Positions 28,835-38,497 of a DNA stretch of 48,042 bases are shown in pieces; positions within the stretch are counted from its first letter, which is position 1; every line of letters starts with the position of its first letter. The stretch spans positions 1 through 48,042 of the forward strand of contig JAGDMS010000003.1 of the NCBI GenBank assembly GCA_017860575.1, read 5' to 3'. The notes under the pieces are model-generated. The model was not told the origin of the DNA. It did not search any database and worked only from the letters and a program-made list of their open reading frames with translations. The DNA is from Deltaproteobacteria bacterium. Its GTDB lineage: Bacteria; Desulfobacterota; Binatia; HRBIN30. A program made the translations under genes and the position numbers.

Positions 28835-29383
28835 TCAGATCGCCCCCGCCTTTGCCAGCCACTCCAAGGCGAACGGCCACGGTCCGTGGCCGGAGTCAAC
28901 ATTGATATGCCCACCGCCAGGGATGATTTCCGAGCGGATCCCGAGCGCGTTGGCGATACCGTTGATCTCTTCGGGGGTGGTGAAATCGTCGTTGTCACTC
29001 CCGACAAGCAGCGTCCGCGCTGCAATTGGTGCCCAGACATCGTCCCGGCACGGGGGAGGGAGGAAGCTCTCCACCGGTTCGAACAACAGATACGGCGAGG
29101 GCGGCGCCACCAGCAGTGCGGCTTGAGCGCCCAGCAGGCCGCGTTCGGTGAACAAATGATCCACAGCCCAGCAACCCAGGGAGTGGCACACGAAAACAAG
29201 AGGGGGTGGGACACCGCCAACCAGCTCGGCGAGCGCAGTCACCCAGCGGTCCTTCTGGGGCGCCGCCGGTTCCGGGAGATCAGGAAAGGCCACTGGCACC
29301 CGGCGCTGCCGTAGTTCGTCCTCCAGCCAGCGCTGCCAATGCCCGGCCCCCGAGCCGTCGTAGCCGTGGACGATGACGATCAT
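28835..29383 (-). CDS. RBBP9/YdeN-family alpha/beta hydrolase
   Basis: IVHGYDGS..HWQ.WL, CHSLG nucleophile, SDND, GGGHIN. Confidence 0.9.
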   Translation of the reverse strand: MIVIVHGYDGSGAGHWQRWLEDELRQRRVPVAFPDLPEPAAPQKDRWVTALAELVGGVPPPLVFVCHSLGCWAVDHLFTERGLLGAQAALLVAPPSPYLLFEPVESFLPPPCRDDVWAPIAARTLLVGSDNDDFTTPEEINGIANALGIRSEIIPGGGHINVDSGHGPWPFALEWLAKAGAI

Positions 29384-29454
29384 GCAGGGGAACTGCTTCG
29401 CACGGACATCGGGCCCGCGCAAGTTGGCCGGGGCCCCTGCAACGATTGCCTCAA

Positions 29455-29566
29455 GACTGACCGACGACAGACTCGGAGACGACAGATTACAGACGCATGC
29501 CGTTGCAGCGATCGTATGAATTTGGGGCCGTTGTCTGTCCGTCTGTTGTCTGTGTCGTCCGCTGTC
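29455..29566. repeat. Inverted array of degenerate RACAGAC heptamers
   Basis: GACAGAC-like units at 29455-29494 and complementary GTCTGTY units at 29530-29566. Confidence 0.55.
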
Positions 29567-29614
29567 CCCCTGACCGGCTTGCCGCTGGGCGGGCCACGGC
29601 ATAGTAAGGACGTG

Positions 29615-30037
29615 ATGCCCACCGGCGAACTGATAGAAGTGGCCCGATATCGGGTGATCTTTGGTGATTGTGATCCGATGCGGATCATGTATTACGGCAG
29701 CTACTTCCGGCTGTTCGAAATCGGGCGCGCCGAACTGTTCCGGCGCCTCGGGCACCCCTTTCCGGAGTACATCGCGCGTGGCCTCTACCTGGCTGTCATT
29801 GAGACGCATTGTCGCTACCTGAAACCGGCGCGCTACGACGATGAACTGGTCATCCGCGCCGCGGTGACGGACGTTGGACGCGCGCGTTTGCAGATCGCCT
29901 ACGAGGTGGCGGGAACCGCGGGTGATGTCCGCGCGCAGGGCTCGACGTCACATGTAGTGCTCGACGAGGGCGGGCGGCCGCAGCGGCTACCGGCGGATTT
30001 CCGGGAAATGGCCCAGGCAAATTTGCGGCGAGCTTGA
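29615..30037 (+). CDS. Acyl-CoA thioesterase, YbgC/FadM family
   Basis: RVIFGDCDPMRIMYYGSYFRLFEIGR, CRYLKPARYDD. Confidence 0.9.
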   Translation: MPTGELIEVARYRVIFGDCDPMRIMYYGSYFRLFEIGRAELFRRLGHPFPEYIARGLYLAVIETHCRYLKPARYDDELVIRAAVTDVGRARLQIAYEVAGTAGDVRAQGSTSHVVLDEGGRPQRLPADFREMAQANLRRA

Positions 30038-30185
30038 GTGACCGCACGGGCGACCCGAATGCGGCGGGTGTTCGGTGTCGGATGGGCACCAGGGAACGCC
30101 CACGGGTGCACGGCACTGGAGTCACCTTGCGGGCCGCCGTTCGCTTATGCTATCGATTGTTCAAACTTAGGCCGCTGAGCAAGAG

Positions 30186-30210
30186 GTGGGCCGCCGCGCC
30201 CACTTTTTTA
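30186..30210 (+). promoter_or_regulatory. rimP leader attenuator hairpin
   Basis: GTGGGC-cgccgc-GCCCAC-TTTTTT just upstream of rimP, matching the known GGGC/GCCC rimP-leader motif. Confidence 0.8.
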
Positions 30211-30221
30211 TTTGAGGTCAC

Positions 30222-30680
30222 ATGCACGAAACAGTCGCTGAGCGGGTCTGGGAAATCGCCGAACCGTTAGTTACACACGAGGGTCTGGAAATGGTCGATG
30301 TCGAGTATCGTCGAGAGAGCCGAGGTATGGTGTTGCGCCTCTATCTCGACCGCGTTGGCGGCGTCTCGCTCGACGATCTGACCCGTGTGAGCCAGCAGTT
30401 GGGTGATGTCCTTGACGCGCACGACGCCGTTCCCGGCTCCTACATGCTGGAGGTGTCCTCGCCCGGGATCAATCGCCGTCTGCGCCGGCCAGACCACTTT
30501 CGGCGCTACCTGGGCAAGAGGGTACGGGTCCGCACGACTGTTCCCGTGAACGGGCGTCGCGACTTTGTCGGCAACCTGGAGTCGGTTGATGCCGACGGCA
30601 TCGTGCTCGAGGCGGTCGGATCTACCCATCCCATCCGCTTCGTCGAGATCGGCCGCGCCAACTACGAGCCGGAGTCGTAG
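30222..30680 (+). CDS. rimP: Ribosome maturation factor RimP
   Basis: LRLYLD, YMLEVSSPGINRRL; first gene of the nusA-infB operon. Confidence 0.96.
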   Translation: MHETVAERVWEIAEPLVTHEGLEMVDVEYRRESRGMVLRLYLDRVGGVSLDDLTRVSQQLGDVLDAHDAVPGSYMLEVSSPGINRRLRRPDHFRRYLGKRVRVRTTVPVNGRRDFVGNLESVDADGIVLEAVGSTHPIRFVEIGRANYEPES

Positions 30681-30697
30681 GAGCGAAGGAGGTCGTC

Positions 30698-32047
30698 ATG
30701 CAACCCGAATTGAGCCGGGTCATCGAGCAGGTCAGTAAGGAGAAGGGCATCGATCGCGCCATCGTGGTCAACGCCATCGAATCGGCCATGCTCTCGGCGG
30801 CCAAGAAACTCGTCGGACAAGACACGCAGCTGGAAGCCAAGTTCAACCCCGAAATCGGGGAAGTCGAGCTGTTCAAGATTCTCACCGTCGTCGAACAGGT
30901 CACCAATCCGGAAACCCAGATCTCCTTGGAGGATGCGCGCGACAATCTCGACCCGGAAGCCCAAGTGGGCGACGATCTGCTCGAGAAACTGGATCCGCAC
31001 CATGGACGCATCGCGGCGCAAGCGGCCAAACAAAGCCTCATTCAGCGCTTGCGCGACGCCGAGCGGGACATCATTTACAACGAATTCAAGGATCGCAAGG
31101 GAGAGCTGACGCATTCCGGCATCGTCCAGCGGTTCGAGAAGAAGAACATCATCGTCAACCTGGGGCGGACCGACGCCATCCTGCTCGAGAAAGAGCAAAT
31201 TCCGCGCGAGCGCTATCGCCAGGGCGACCGGATCCGGGCCTATATCCTCGAAGTGGAGATGAGCAGCAAGGGTCCGCAAATCATTTTGTCACGGACGCAC
31301 CCTGGCTTTCTCGTCAAATTATTCGAACAGGAAGTCCCTGAAGTCTACGAGGGTATCGTGGAGATCAAGGGCGCGGCCCGCGAGCCGGGCGGTCGGGCCA
31401 AGATCGCGGTCGTCTCCAACGACGCAGACGTCGATCCGGTCGGCGCGTGCGTGGGGATGAAGGGCACCCGCGTTCAATCCGTGGTGCAGGAACTGCGGGG
31501 AGAGAAGATCGACATCGTCCACTGGACCCCGGATCCCGCCGAGTTCGTCTGCCGGGCGCTGGCCCCCGCCAAGGTGGCCAAGATCATCATGGACGAAGAT
31601 GAGCACAGCATGGAAGTCATCGTTCCCGACGACCAACTCTCGCTGGCCATCGGACGCAAAGGACAGAACGTGCGTTTGGCGTCACGCCTGACCGGTTTCA
31701 AGTTGGACGTGCGCAGCGAGTCCGAGGCCGATGACGAAGCCCGTCAGGCACGTGCCTCGCTGATTGCCGTTCCGGGCATTGGTGACGTTGCAGCCGAGTT
31801 GCTCTACCAGAACGGCTTCAAGTCCGCGGAAGAGGTGGCGCAGGCGGACGAGGCCATTCTGGCGGAGATCGAAGGCCTCGGGCCGGAACGGGCGGCCTCG
31901 ATCTTGCGCGCGGCGCGCGCCTACGTCGAGGCGAAACAGCAGGCGGCCGCAGCCGCGGCGGCCGAGGCAGAAGCCACCGGCGAAGAACCGGCGACGCACG
32001 ACGCCGAACCCGAGATGACAGCTGCGGCTGAGGACAAATCGTCGTGA
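30698..32047 (+). CDS. nusA: Transcription factor NusA
   Basis: GRIAAQAAKQ, AREPGGRAKIAV, VGACVG, LSLAIGRKGQNVRLA; C-terminal HhH repeats. Confidence 0.98.
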   Translation: MQPELSRVIEQVSKEKGIDRAIVVNAIESAMLSAAKKLVGQDTQLEAKFNPEIGEVELFKILTVVEQVTNPETQISLEDARDNLDPEAQVGDDLLEKLDPHHGRIAAQAAKQSLIQRLRDAERDIIYNEFKDRKGELTHSGIVQRFEKKNIIVNLGRTDAILLEKEQIPRERYRQGDRIRAYILEVEMSSKGPQIILSRTHPGFLVKLFEQEVPEVYEGIVEIKGAAREPGGRAKIAVVSNDADVDPVGACVGMKGTRVQSVVQELRGEKIDIVHWTPDPAEFVCRALAPAKVAKIIMDEDEHSMEVIVPDDQLSLAIGRKGQNVRLASRLTGFKLDVRSESEADDEARQARASLIAVPGIGDVAAELLYQNGFKSAEEVAQADEAILAEIEGLGPERAASILRAARAYVEAKQQAAAAAAAEAEATGEEPATHDAEPEMTAAAEDKSS

Positions 32048-32319
32048 CCGGAACGGCGGACCCGCTTCGCATGTGCGTGGGCTGCGGTGGGCGCGCGCGG
32101 CAAGCCGAGTTGCTGCGCGTGGCCGTAGCCGAAGACAACACGCTCACGGTGGTCACACGACGGCACGGCGGCCGGACCGGCTATCTGCACAGGCAACAGG
32201 AATGCTGGGAGCGGTTTGCGGCTCGCAAAGGCATGGTACGGTCGCTCGGCCGCAACCTGGGAACAACGGCGCGAGCGCTGTTTGTGCAACAGCTGAAAAG
32301 ACTCGAGCAGTCCGCATGA
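32044..32319 (+). CDS. ylxR: YlxR/RnpM (DUF448) RNA-binding protein
   Basis: PLRMCVGC, ELLRV, GRTGYLH..C; located between nusA and infB. Confidence 0.85.
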   Translation: MTGTADPLRMCVGCGGRARQAELLRVAVAEDNTLTVVTRRHGGRTGYLHRQQECWERFAARKGMVRSLGRNLGTTARALFVQQLKRLEQSA

Positions 32320-32331
32320 TGAGGTAGTCAG

Positions 32332-35022
32332 ATGTCGCGCAAACGTGTACACGAGCTCGCAAAAGATTACGGGATCGAGGCCAAGGGCTTCCTCGAGAAA
32401 CTGGAGAAGCTGGGCATCCGCGGCAAGCGGTCGCAGAGCGCGTTGACCGACGACGAAGTCGACCGGATCAGAGCGGAGCTTGCGCCCGACGAGAAACCGT
32501 CCATCGCGGTCGGCGATGAGCGCGTCGTCCAAGAGACCGAAGGCCAGACCGTGGTAGAACGCCGTGTGCGCACCAACGTCATTCGCCGGCGCACCACCCG
32601 CACCGAGGTCCCGCACGTACCGGAAAGTTCGCTGCCGATCGAGCCGCTGCCGGCACCGAGCGAGGCATTCGAATCCTTCGAGTCCTTCGCGATGCCGGAG
32701 CCGCTCCCGGAAGCCTTTCCGGAACCGGCACGGCCCACGACGCCGCCAGTGTCTGCAAGGGTGACGGCACCGGCCGCGGAAGCCGTTGTCGAAGCGGTAC
32801 GGCCCGCGCCCGAGCCGCCTCCTCCGCCACCGCCCCCCCCAGCTCCGGTTGCCGCACCGCCACCGCCCGCAGCCGCCCAGCCCCCTCCAGGACCGCCCGC
32901 GATCCAGGAGATGCGCGGACCGCGCGTCCTGGGCAGAATCGATTTGCGGAAACTGGAACCGCCTGCGCCGGCGGCACGCCGCGAGGCGGCGACAGAAGCC
33001 GGTCGGGAGCGACCGCGGCGCGAGGCCGCTGCCGGACCCGAGGTGGCGGCGCCGGTGGAATCGGAGGAAGGGAAGCCGAAGAAGAAGAAACGCCGTGTCA
33101 TCCGCAAACCGGAGCTCGCGGAGCTCAGCGAGCAGGATCGGCGCCGCTCGAAGCTGCCGCGCAAGAAGAAAGCCTTGCCCGGCAAGGAACAGAAAAAGAC
33201 GGAAATCACCACGCCGCGAGCCAGTAAGCGCGTGGTGCGCATCTCGGAAGTCATCACCGTCGGCGAACTTGCCAAGGCGATGGGTGTCAAGGCTGGGGAA
33301 ATCATCAGGAAGTTGATGGACTCCGGCATGATGGCCACCATCAACCAGGTCCTCGATTTCGATACCGCCAGCCTGATCGCCGCAGACTTCGAGTACAACG
33401 TCGAAAATGTCGCTTTTGACGCCGAATCGGCCCTCGAAGAAGGCCATGAGGTCCAGGCGGACGAAGCCATGCAGTCCCGACCACCCGTCGTCACGATCAT
33501 GGGCCATGTTGATCACGGGAAAACGTCCCTGCTCGATGCCGTGCGGCGGACCAATGTCACGGCCCAGGAGGCGGGCGGCATCACGCAGCACATCGGCGCG
33601 TACAGCGTGGACGTGCACGGCAAGCAGGTCACTTTCCTCGATACCCCTGGTCACGAGGCGTTTACCGCCATGCGCGCCCGCGGGGCGAAAGTCACCGACG
33701 TCGTCGTCCTCGTGGTTGCGGCCGATGACGGGGTAATGCCGCAGACCGTCGAGGCCATCAACCATGCGCGCGCGGCAAACGTGCCGATCATCGTCGCCAT
33801 CAACAAAATCGATAAGCCGGAGGCCAATCTCGAGCGGATCAGGCAGAATCTCGCCGACTACGGACTGGTATGCGAAGAGTGGGGCGGCGATACGATCTGC
33901 GTGCCGGTATCGGCCAAGACCAAAGAGGGGATCCCACACCTCTTGGAGATGCTGCTCCTGCAGGCCGACGTCCTTGAACTGAAGGCCAATCCGGACAAAC
34001 TCGCCCGCGGCACGATCGTCGAGGCGAAGCTGGACCGCGGCCGGGGCCCGGTCGCAACCGTCCTGGTGCAGGAAGGAACGCTCAAAGTGGGCGATCCGTT
34101 CGTGTGCGGCGGCAACTACGGCCGCGTGCGCGCGATGGTCGATGACAAAGGGCGCAAGGTCGAGGTCGCCGGCCCAGCGAAGCCGGTTGAAATTCTCGGG
34201 TTGCAAGGCGTACCGGAAGCCGGCAATCCCTTCGTCGCGGTGGGCGACGAGGCCACCGCGCGGCAGGTGGCCGAGCACCGCCGCGGCAAACAGCGCGAGG
34301 CCAGCTTGGTAAAGACGGCCAAGGTCTCCTTGGAGGATCTCTACCATCAAATCCAAGCGGGCGACATCAAGGAGCTCCGCGTCGTGGTCAAAGCCGACGT
34401 GCAAGGCTCGGTGGAGGCCTTGAGCGAAGCACTCAGCCGGCTCTCCACGGACGAGGTGCGGCTCAACGTCCTGCATGCCTCTGTCGGCGGCATTACCGAG
34501 AGCGACGTGCTGCTTGCCTCCGCGTCGAACGCGGTCGTCATCGGCTTCAACGTGCGCCCGGAGTCGAAAGCGACCGAGGTCGCGGAACGGGAGGGGGTCG
34601 ACATCCGGCTCTATACCGTGATCTACGATGCCTTGAATGACGTCCGTGACGCCATGGAGGGCCTGCTCGAACCCACGGTCCGTGAGAAGACCGTTGGGCG
34701 CGCGGAGGTGCGGCAGGTGTTCAGCGTACCCGGCGTCGGGGTCGTGGCCGGCTCGTTCGTCCTCGACGGCAAAATCACACGCAATGCGGCGGCCCGGCTG
34801 GTCCGGGACCACGTCGTCGTTTACACCGGCAAGATCGCCAGCCTGCGGCGCTTCAAGGAAGACGCCCGTGAGGTGCTGTCAGGGTATGAATGCGGCATCG
34901 GGCTGGAGAACTTCCAGGATGCCAAGGTCGGTGACGTCATCGAGGCGTATGAAACCGAACGCGTGGCACGCAGACTGACGCCATCCAGTGGCAAGACCGC
35001 GGCCGCCGAGCGCCGCGTCTAG
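32332..35022 (+). CDS. infB: Translation initiation factor IF-2
   Basis: [42 protein letters not shown]. Confidence 0.99.
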   Translation: MSRKRVHELAKDYGIEAKGFLEKLEKLGIRGKRSQSALTDDEVDRIRAELAPDEKPSIAVGDERVVQETEGQTVVERRVRTNVIRRRTTRTEVPHVPESSLPIEPLPAPSEAFESFESFAMPEPLPEAFPEPARPTTPPVSARVTAPAAEAVVEAVRPAPEPPPPPPPPPAPVAAPPPPAAAQPPPGPPAIQEMRGPRVLGRIDLRKLEPPAPAARREAATEAGRERPRREAAAGPEVAAPVESEEGKPKKKKRRVIRKPELAELSEQDRRRSKLPRKKKALPGKEQKKTEITTPRASKRVVRISEVITVGELAKAMGVKAGEIIRKLMDSGMMATINQVLDFDTASLIAADFEYNVENVAFDAESALEEGHEVQADEAMQSRPPVVTIMGHVDHGKTSLLDAVRRTNVTAQEAGGITQHIGAYSVDVHGKQVTFLDTPGHEAFTAMRARGAKVTDVVVLVVAADDGVMPQTVEAINHARAANVPIIVAINKIDKPEANLERIRQNLADYGLVCEEWGGDTICVPVSAKTKEGIPHLLEMLLLQADVLELKANPDKLARGTIVEAKLDRGRGPVATVLVQEGTLKVGDPFVCGGNYGRVRAMVDDKGRKVEVAGPAKPVEILGLQGVPEAGNPFVAVGDEATARQVAEHRRGKQREASLVKTAKVSLEDLYHQIQAGDIKELRVVVKADVQGSVEALSEALSRLSTDEVRLNVLHASVGGITESDVLLASASNAVVIGFNVRPESKATEVAEREGVDIRLYTVIYDALNDVRDAMEGLLEPTVREKTVGRAEVRQVFSVPGVGVVAGSFVLDGKITRNAAARLVRDHVVVYTGKIASLRRFKEDAREVLSGYECGIGLENFQDAKVGDVIEAYETERVARRLTPSSGKTAAAERRV

Positions 35023-35153
35023 GTGGGGCCGCAAATATGCGCGCGGGAACCAGGCGGAGCCGCCGTGTACGCAGCGGCAAAATGACCGCCCGCCGCCGCA
35101 TAAACCGCTGCCTGGTTGGGTGAGCAGCGCGCGGGGCACGCTCACGCACGAGG

Positions 35154-35450
35154 ATGGCAGCCGTGGTGATTGGCGTTCTCAAGCTGACCCTGTTCCTGCC
35201 GGAAAACCATTCGCTCAAAGGCAAGCGCGGTGTTATCAAAAAAATCAAAGCCCGGGTGGCCAACAGCTTCAATGTGTCGATTGCGGAGTGCGACGACCAT
35301 GACCTCTGGCAGCGCGCGGTACTTGGAATCTGCCAGGTGGGGAACGATGTCCCATATGTCGACGGCGCACTACGGCAGGTCGTGCGGTTCATCGACGACA
35401 TGCAGGTGGCGGAACTGGGAGAGGAGCGCTTCGAGGTCCTTCACTGCTAG
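35154..35450 (+). CDS. DUF503 (YlxP) family protein
   Basis: HSLKGKR, FNVSIAE, DLWQRA; standard position after infB. Confidence 0.9.
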   Translation: MAAVVIGVLKLTLFLPENHSLKGKRGVIKKIKARVANSFNVSIAECDDHDLWQRAVLGICQVGNDVPYVDGALRQVVRFIDDMQVAELGEERFEVLHC

Positions 35451-35516
35451 ACAGGGGGAACGCGTGCCGGGCGTCCGTCCGCCGTTTGGGCAGGCTCCCC
35501 GCATGATGGTCGTGCC

Positions 35517-35870
35517 ATGACCGTGCGGCGGGCGGAACGGGTTGCGGAGGCCGTGCGCGAGGTCATTGCGGACTTGCTCCTGCGCGATATCAAGGACCCT
35601 CGCATCGGCATGGTCACGCTGACGACGGTTGAGTTGACTGACGACCTCAAGCACGCGAAGGTTTATTTCAGTTGTGTCGGCGACGCGGCCGCACGGCAGC
35701 GGTCGCTCGATGGGTTGCACAGCGCCGCCGGGTTCATCCGGGCGCAGGTCACACGTCGGCTGCAGTTGCGGTATGCGCCCGAGATGCTCTTTTACTTCGA
35801 CCCCACGCTTGAAGTCGCAGACCGGCTGGCGAGCTTGCTGAAGGCCGCCACAGAGAAGGACCCCGGGTGA
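35517..35870 (+). CDS. rbfA: Ribosome-binding factor A
   Basis: RAERVAE, IKDPR, DLKHAKVY, LRYAP..F.FD. Confidence 0.96.
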   Translation: MTVRRAERVAEAVREVIADLLLRDIKDPRIGMVTLTTVELTDDLKHAKVYFSCVGDAAARQRSLDGLHSAAGFIRAQVTRRLQLRYAPEMLFYFDPTLEVADRLASLLKAATEKDPG

Positions 35871-35873
35871 ACG

Positions 35874-36758
35874 ATGCGCTGGGATGGCATCCTGATCATC
35901 GACAAGCCGGAAGGCGTCACGTCGACCGACGTGGTGCGGGCGGTCAAACGGCGCCTCACGAGCAAGACCGGCCACCTGGGCACGCTCGACCCGTTTGCCA
36001 GCGGCGTCCTGCCGGTGTGCGTGGGCGACGGCACCAAAATCGCCCAGTTCCTCAACGTTGCCGACAAAGAGTACACCGGGATCATCGGGCTTGGCGAAGA
36101 AACGGATACCGGTGACCCAACCGGACGGGTCACCATCACGGCGCCCGTGCCCCCAATCACCGCCGAGCAGTTGGCGGAAACGGCCCGGCAGTTCCATGGT
36201 GAACTGCTGCAAACGCCACCGATGTACTCTGCACTGAAGCATCACGGGGTGCGGCTGTATACGCTGGCACGGCAAGGCATCGAGATCGACCGCCACCCCC
36301 GGCGTGTCCAGGTTGCGCGCCTCGAACTGCACCACGAAAGTGCTGTGCGCATCGCCTTCTCCGTGTCGTGCTCGAAGGGAACGTACGTCCGCGTCCTCGC
36401 CCAACAGATCGGCGTCGCGCTTGGCACGGTGGCGCACCTGCAGGTTTTGCGCCGGACACGCTTCGGCCCGTTCCATCTGCAACAGGCGATCGGATTGGAC
36501 GCACTCGACGGTACGGAGTTGCCCGTATTGCGCTTGCCGCAAGCACTCCCCCAGTTGCGGGAAATCCGCATTGATGCCGCGGTTGCGGAACGCGCCCGAC
36601 AAGGGTACGAACCCGTGTTGGGAACCATTGCGTCGCCCGGCCGCGAAGAGACGGTGAAGCTGGTGGGGCCTGATGGCGAACTGGCGGCGGTCGTGGTTGC
36701 GGATCGGTTCGGGCGATGGCGATTCGGACGAGTGTTCCCGGCGCGGGGTTCAGCATGA
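35874..36758 (+). CDS. truB: tRNA pseudouridine-55 synthase
   Basis: IDKPEG.TS, GHLGTLDPFASG, PPMYSALK, CSKGTYVR. Confidence 0.97.
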   Translation: MRWDGILIIDKPEGVTSTDVVRAVKRRLTSKTGHLGTLDPFASGVLPVCVGDGTKIAQFLNVADKEYTGIIGLGEETDTGDPTGRVTITAPVPPITAEQLAETARQFHGELLQTPPMYSALKHHGVRLYTLARQGIEIDRHPRRVQVARLELHHESAVRIAFSVSCSKGTYVRVLAQQIGVALGTVAHLQVLRRTRFGPFHLQQAIGLDALDGTELPVLRLPQALPQLREIRIDAAVAERARQGYEPVLGTIASPGREETVKLVGPDGELAAVVVADRFGRWRFGRVFPARGSA

Positions 36759-37957
36759 CGGCGCGCCCGAAGCACGTGCTCCCGGTTCTCATCCTCGGCG
36801 GCGTCGGGTTAGGCATCAGTATTGTTACGGAGGTGGTCCATTCCAGACTGGCCACCAACCCCGGCTACACCAGCTTTTGCAACATCAGCGCCAACGTCAA
36901 CTGCGACGTCGTCATGGGGAGCCGGCATGCACTCTTGGCGGGCGTCTCCGTGTCGCTCTGGGCCATCGTGTATTATCTGACGCTCGCAGCCGTAACCGTG
37001 GCACTCGCCCGTGCGACGCGCGCGCAGCTTCGCGAGAAGCTGGCGCTGGCGCTGGTCCTATTGGCGGCGTGGGGTCTCCTCTTTTCACTCTACATGGCCG
37101 CCATCGCATTCGGCGTGCTGCACGCCGTGTGCGCGTTATGTGGGGGGTTGTACCTCGTCAACATTGCAATGTTCCCAGCGGCATGGCGTTTGCGCGCCCA
37201 GGTGCGGCTGCAGAGTCGTCGCCAGGCCGCCGCGCAGGCGGGACGCGAACGCCTGGTGCTGATTGCCGGCGTGGCGATCGCGGTGATCGTGCTCGCAATC
37301 GGTAGTTGGGAAGTATTCGGCCGCGGCATGCGCCAAGCGGACATTGCCACCATCAAGCGATTGCGGCCGGATTTTTACCGCTGGTACGTGGCCCAGCCGA
37401 TTGTGCAGGTGCCGCGCGATGGCGGGCATGCGCGCGGCAACGCGGATGCGCCGGTGACCATCGTGGCGTTCTCAGATTTCGAGTGCGGCCACTGCGCCAA
37501 CTTCCACCGTAGCCTCGACAGCACTCTGCGGCGTTTGGGTCCGGGCATTCGCGTCGTCTTCCACCATTTCCCTCTGGACTCGGCATGCAATCAGAAATTG
37601 CATGCGCGTTTCCACCCGCAGGCGTGCCTCGCCGCCGTCGCAGCGGAGTGCGCGGCCGAGCAGGAAAAGTTTTGGCAGTACCACGACATTCTATTCGACA
37701 ATCAACAACACCTCGATCGCCCGTCGCTGATTACGTACGCCACCCGACTGGGATTGGATGGCCCGCGTTTCAGCGCCTGCTTGGACAGTCCGGCGTCGCT
37801 GGCGCGGGTACAGGCGGACATCGCCACCGGCGTCAGTCTCGGCATCGACTCCACCCCCACCGTGTTCATCAACGGCCGCTTGATCAAAGGGACACTCGAG
37901 CCCGATCTGCTCAGCGACGCGGTGACGCTGGCGGGCGCACCGGCACACTCCCAGTGA
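36755..37957 (+). CDS. VKOR-DsbA/thioredoxin fusion membrane oxidoreductase
   Basis: VKOR loop Cys pair FCNISANVNC and CALC; DsbA-like FSDFECGHC, HHFPL, STPT; ATGA overlap with truB. Confidence 0.92.
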   Translation: MTARPKHVLPVLILGGVGLGISIVTEVVHSRLATNPGYTSFCNISANVNCDVVMGSRHALLAGVSVSLWAIVYYLTLAAVTVALARATRAQLREKLALALVLLAAWGLLFSLYMAAIAFGVLHAVCALCGGLYLVNIAMFPAAWRLRAQVRLQSRRQAAAQAGRERLVLIAGVAIAVIVLAIGSWEVFGRGMRQADIATIKRLRPDFYRWYVAQPIVQVPRDGGHARGNADAPVTIVAFSDFECGHCANFHRSLDSTLRRLGPGIRVVFHHFPLDSACNQKLHARFHPQACLAAVAAECAAEQEKFWQYHDILFDNQQHLDRPSLITYATRLGLDGPRFSACLDSPASLARVQADIATGVSLGIDSTPTVFINGRLIKGTLEPDLLSDAVTLAGAPAHSQ

Positions 37958-38419
37958 AACCGCACCCGCGCCGCGGCGCGGGTGCATCAGCATTCGTGCC
38001 AAGCGTCACGACTCGGAGTTTTCGCGCCGCACCCGCCTTTGGTTCGCGCCACCTCCACCGTGAACGGCGTGCGCGACCCGTCGCGATCACGCAGACGCAT
38101 GGCTTTTCAGCGACTTAGCGGGACGCCGGCGGATGGCACCATTTGCTCATATCGTGGCACGATATAACGGTCGACGCCGATGTGTGCGGAAACTCAGCAC
38201 AAGCACCACGACGCGAAAAGTTCCTTGACAGTACCGAGAGCCCTCCACTATGAGGGCCCCGCTCTCAGTGATTTTTCCGAACTCTTGAATCGCGATGACT
38301 CTTGTTGGCTGCGCGCGTTGCCTTCCCGAAGCGGAGGGGCGGGCAGGTATTCGGTGGGAGGCTGTGTACGGCGGTGTGGAGGACGGATGGAAGTGGTGCG
38401 GCGGCGGTGACTTACCGCG

Positions 38420-38439
38420 TTGTCCCCAGGTGTGGATAA
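38420..38439. promoter_or_regulatory. Inverted pair of DnaA boxes upstream of dnaA
   Basis: TGTGGATAA (38431-38439) is the reverse complement of the perfect box TTATCCACA; TTGTCCCCA (38420-38428) has 2 mismatches. Confidence 0.75.
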
Positions 38440-38497
38440 CCACCGCGCGCAGCCAACAGGACTTTTGACCTGAACTCTCGGAGGGGGGCGGCGATTG

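Noticed and set aside
30040-30185. tRNA-Met upstream of rimP
   Set aside because: No cloverleaf or convincing T-arm stem found
31921-34812. 963-aa antisense ORF (likewise 26311-28080, 11968-13545, 3372-4859, 1923-3326)
   Set aside because: Shadows of well-supported genes on the opposite strand in high-GC DNA; no recognisable motifs
37958-38497. oriC
   Set aside because: Only one perfect and one weak DnaA box; no AT-rich unwinding element or box cluster
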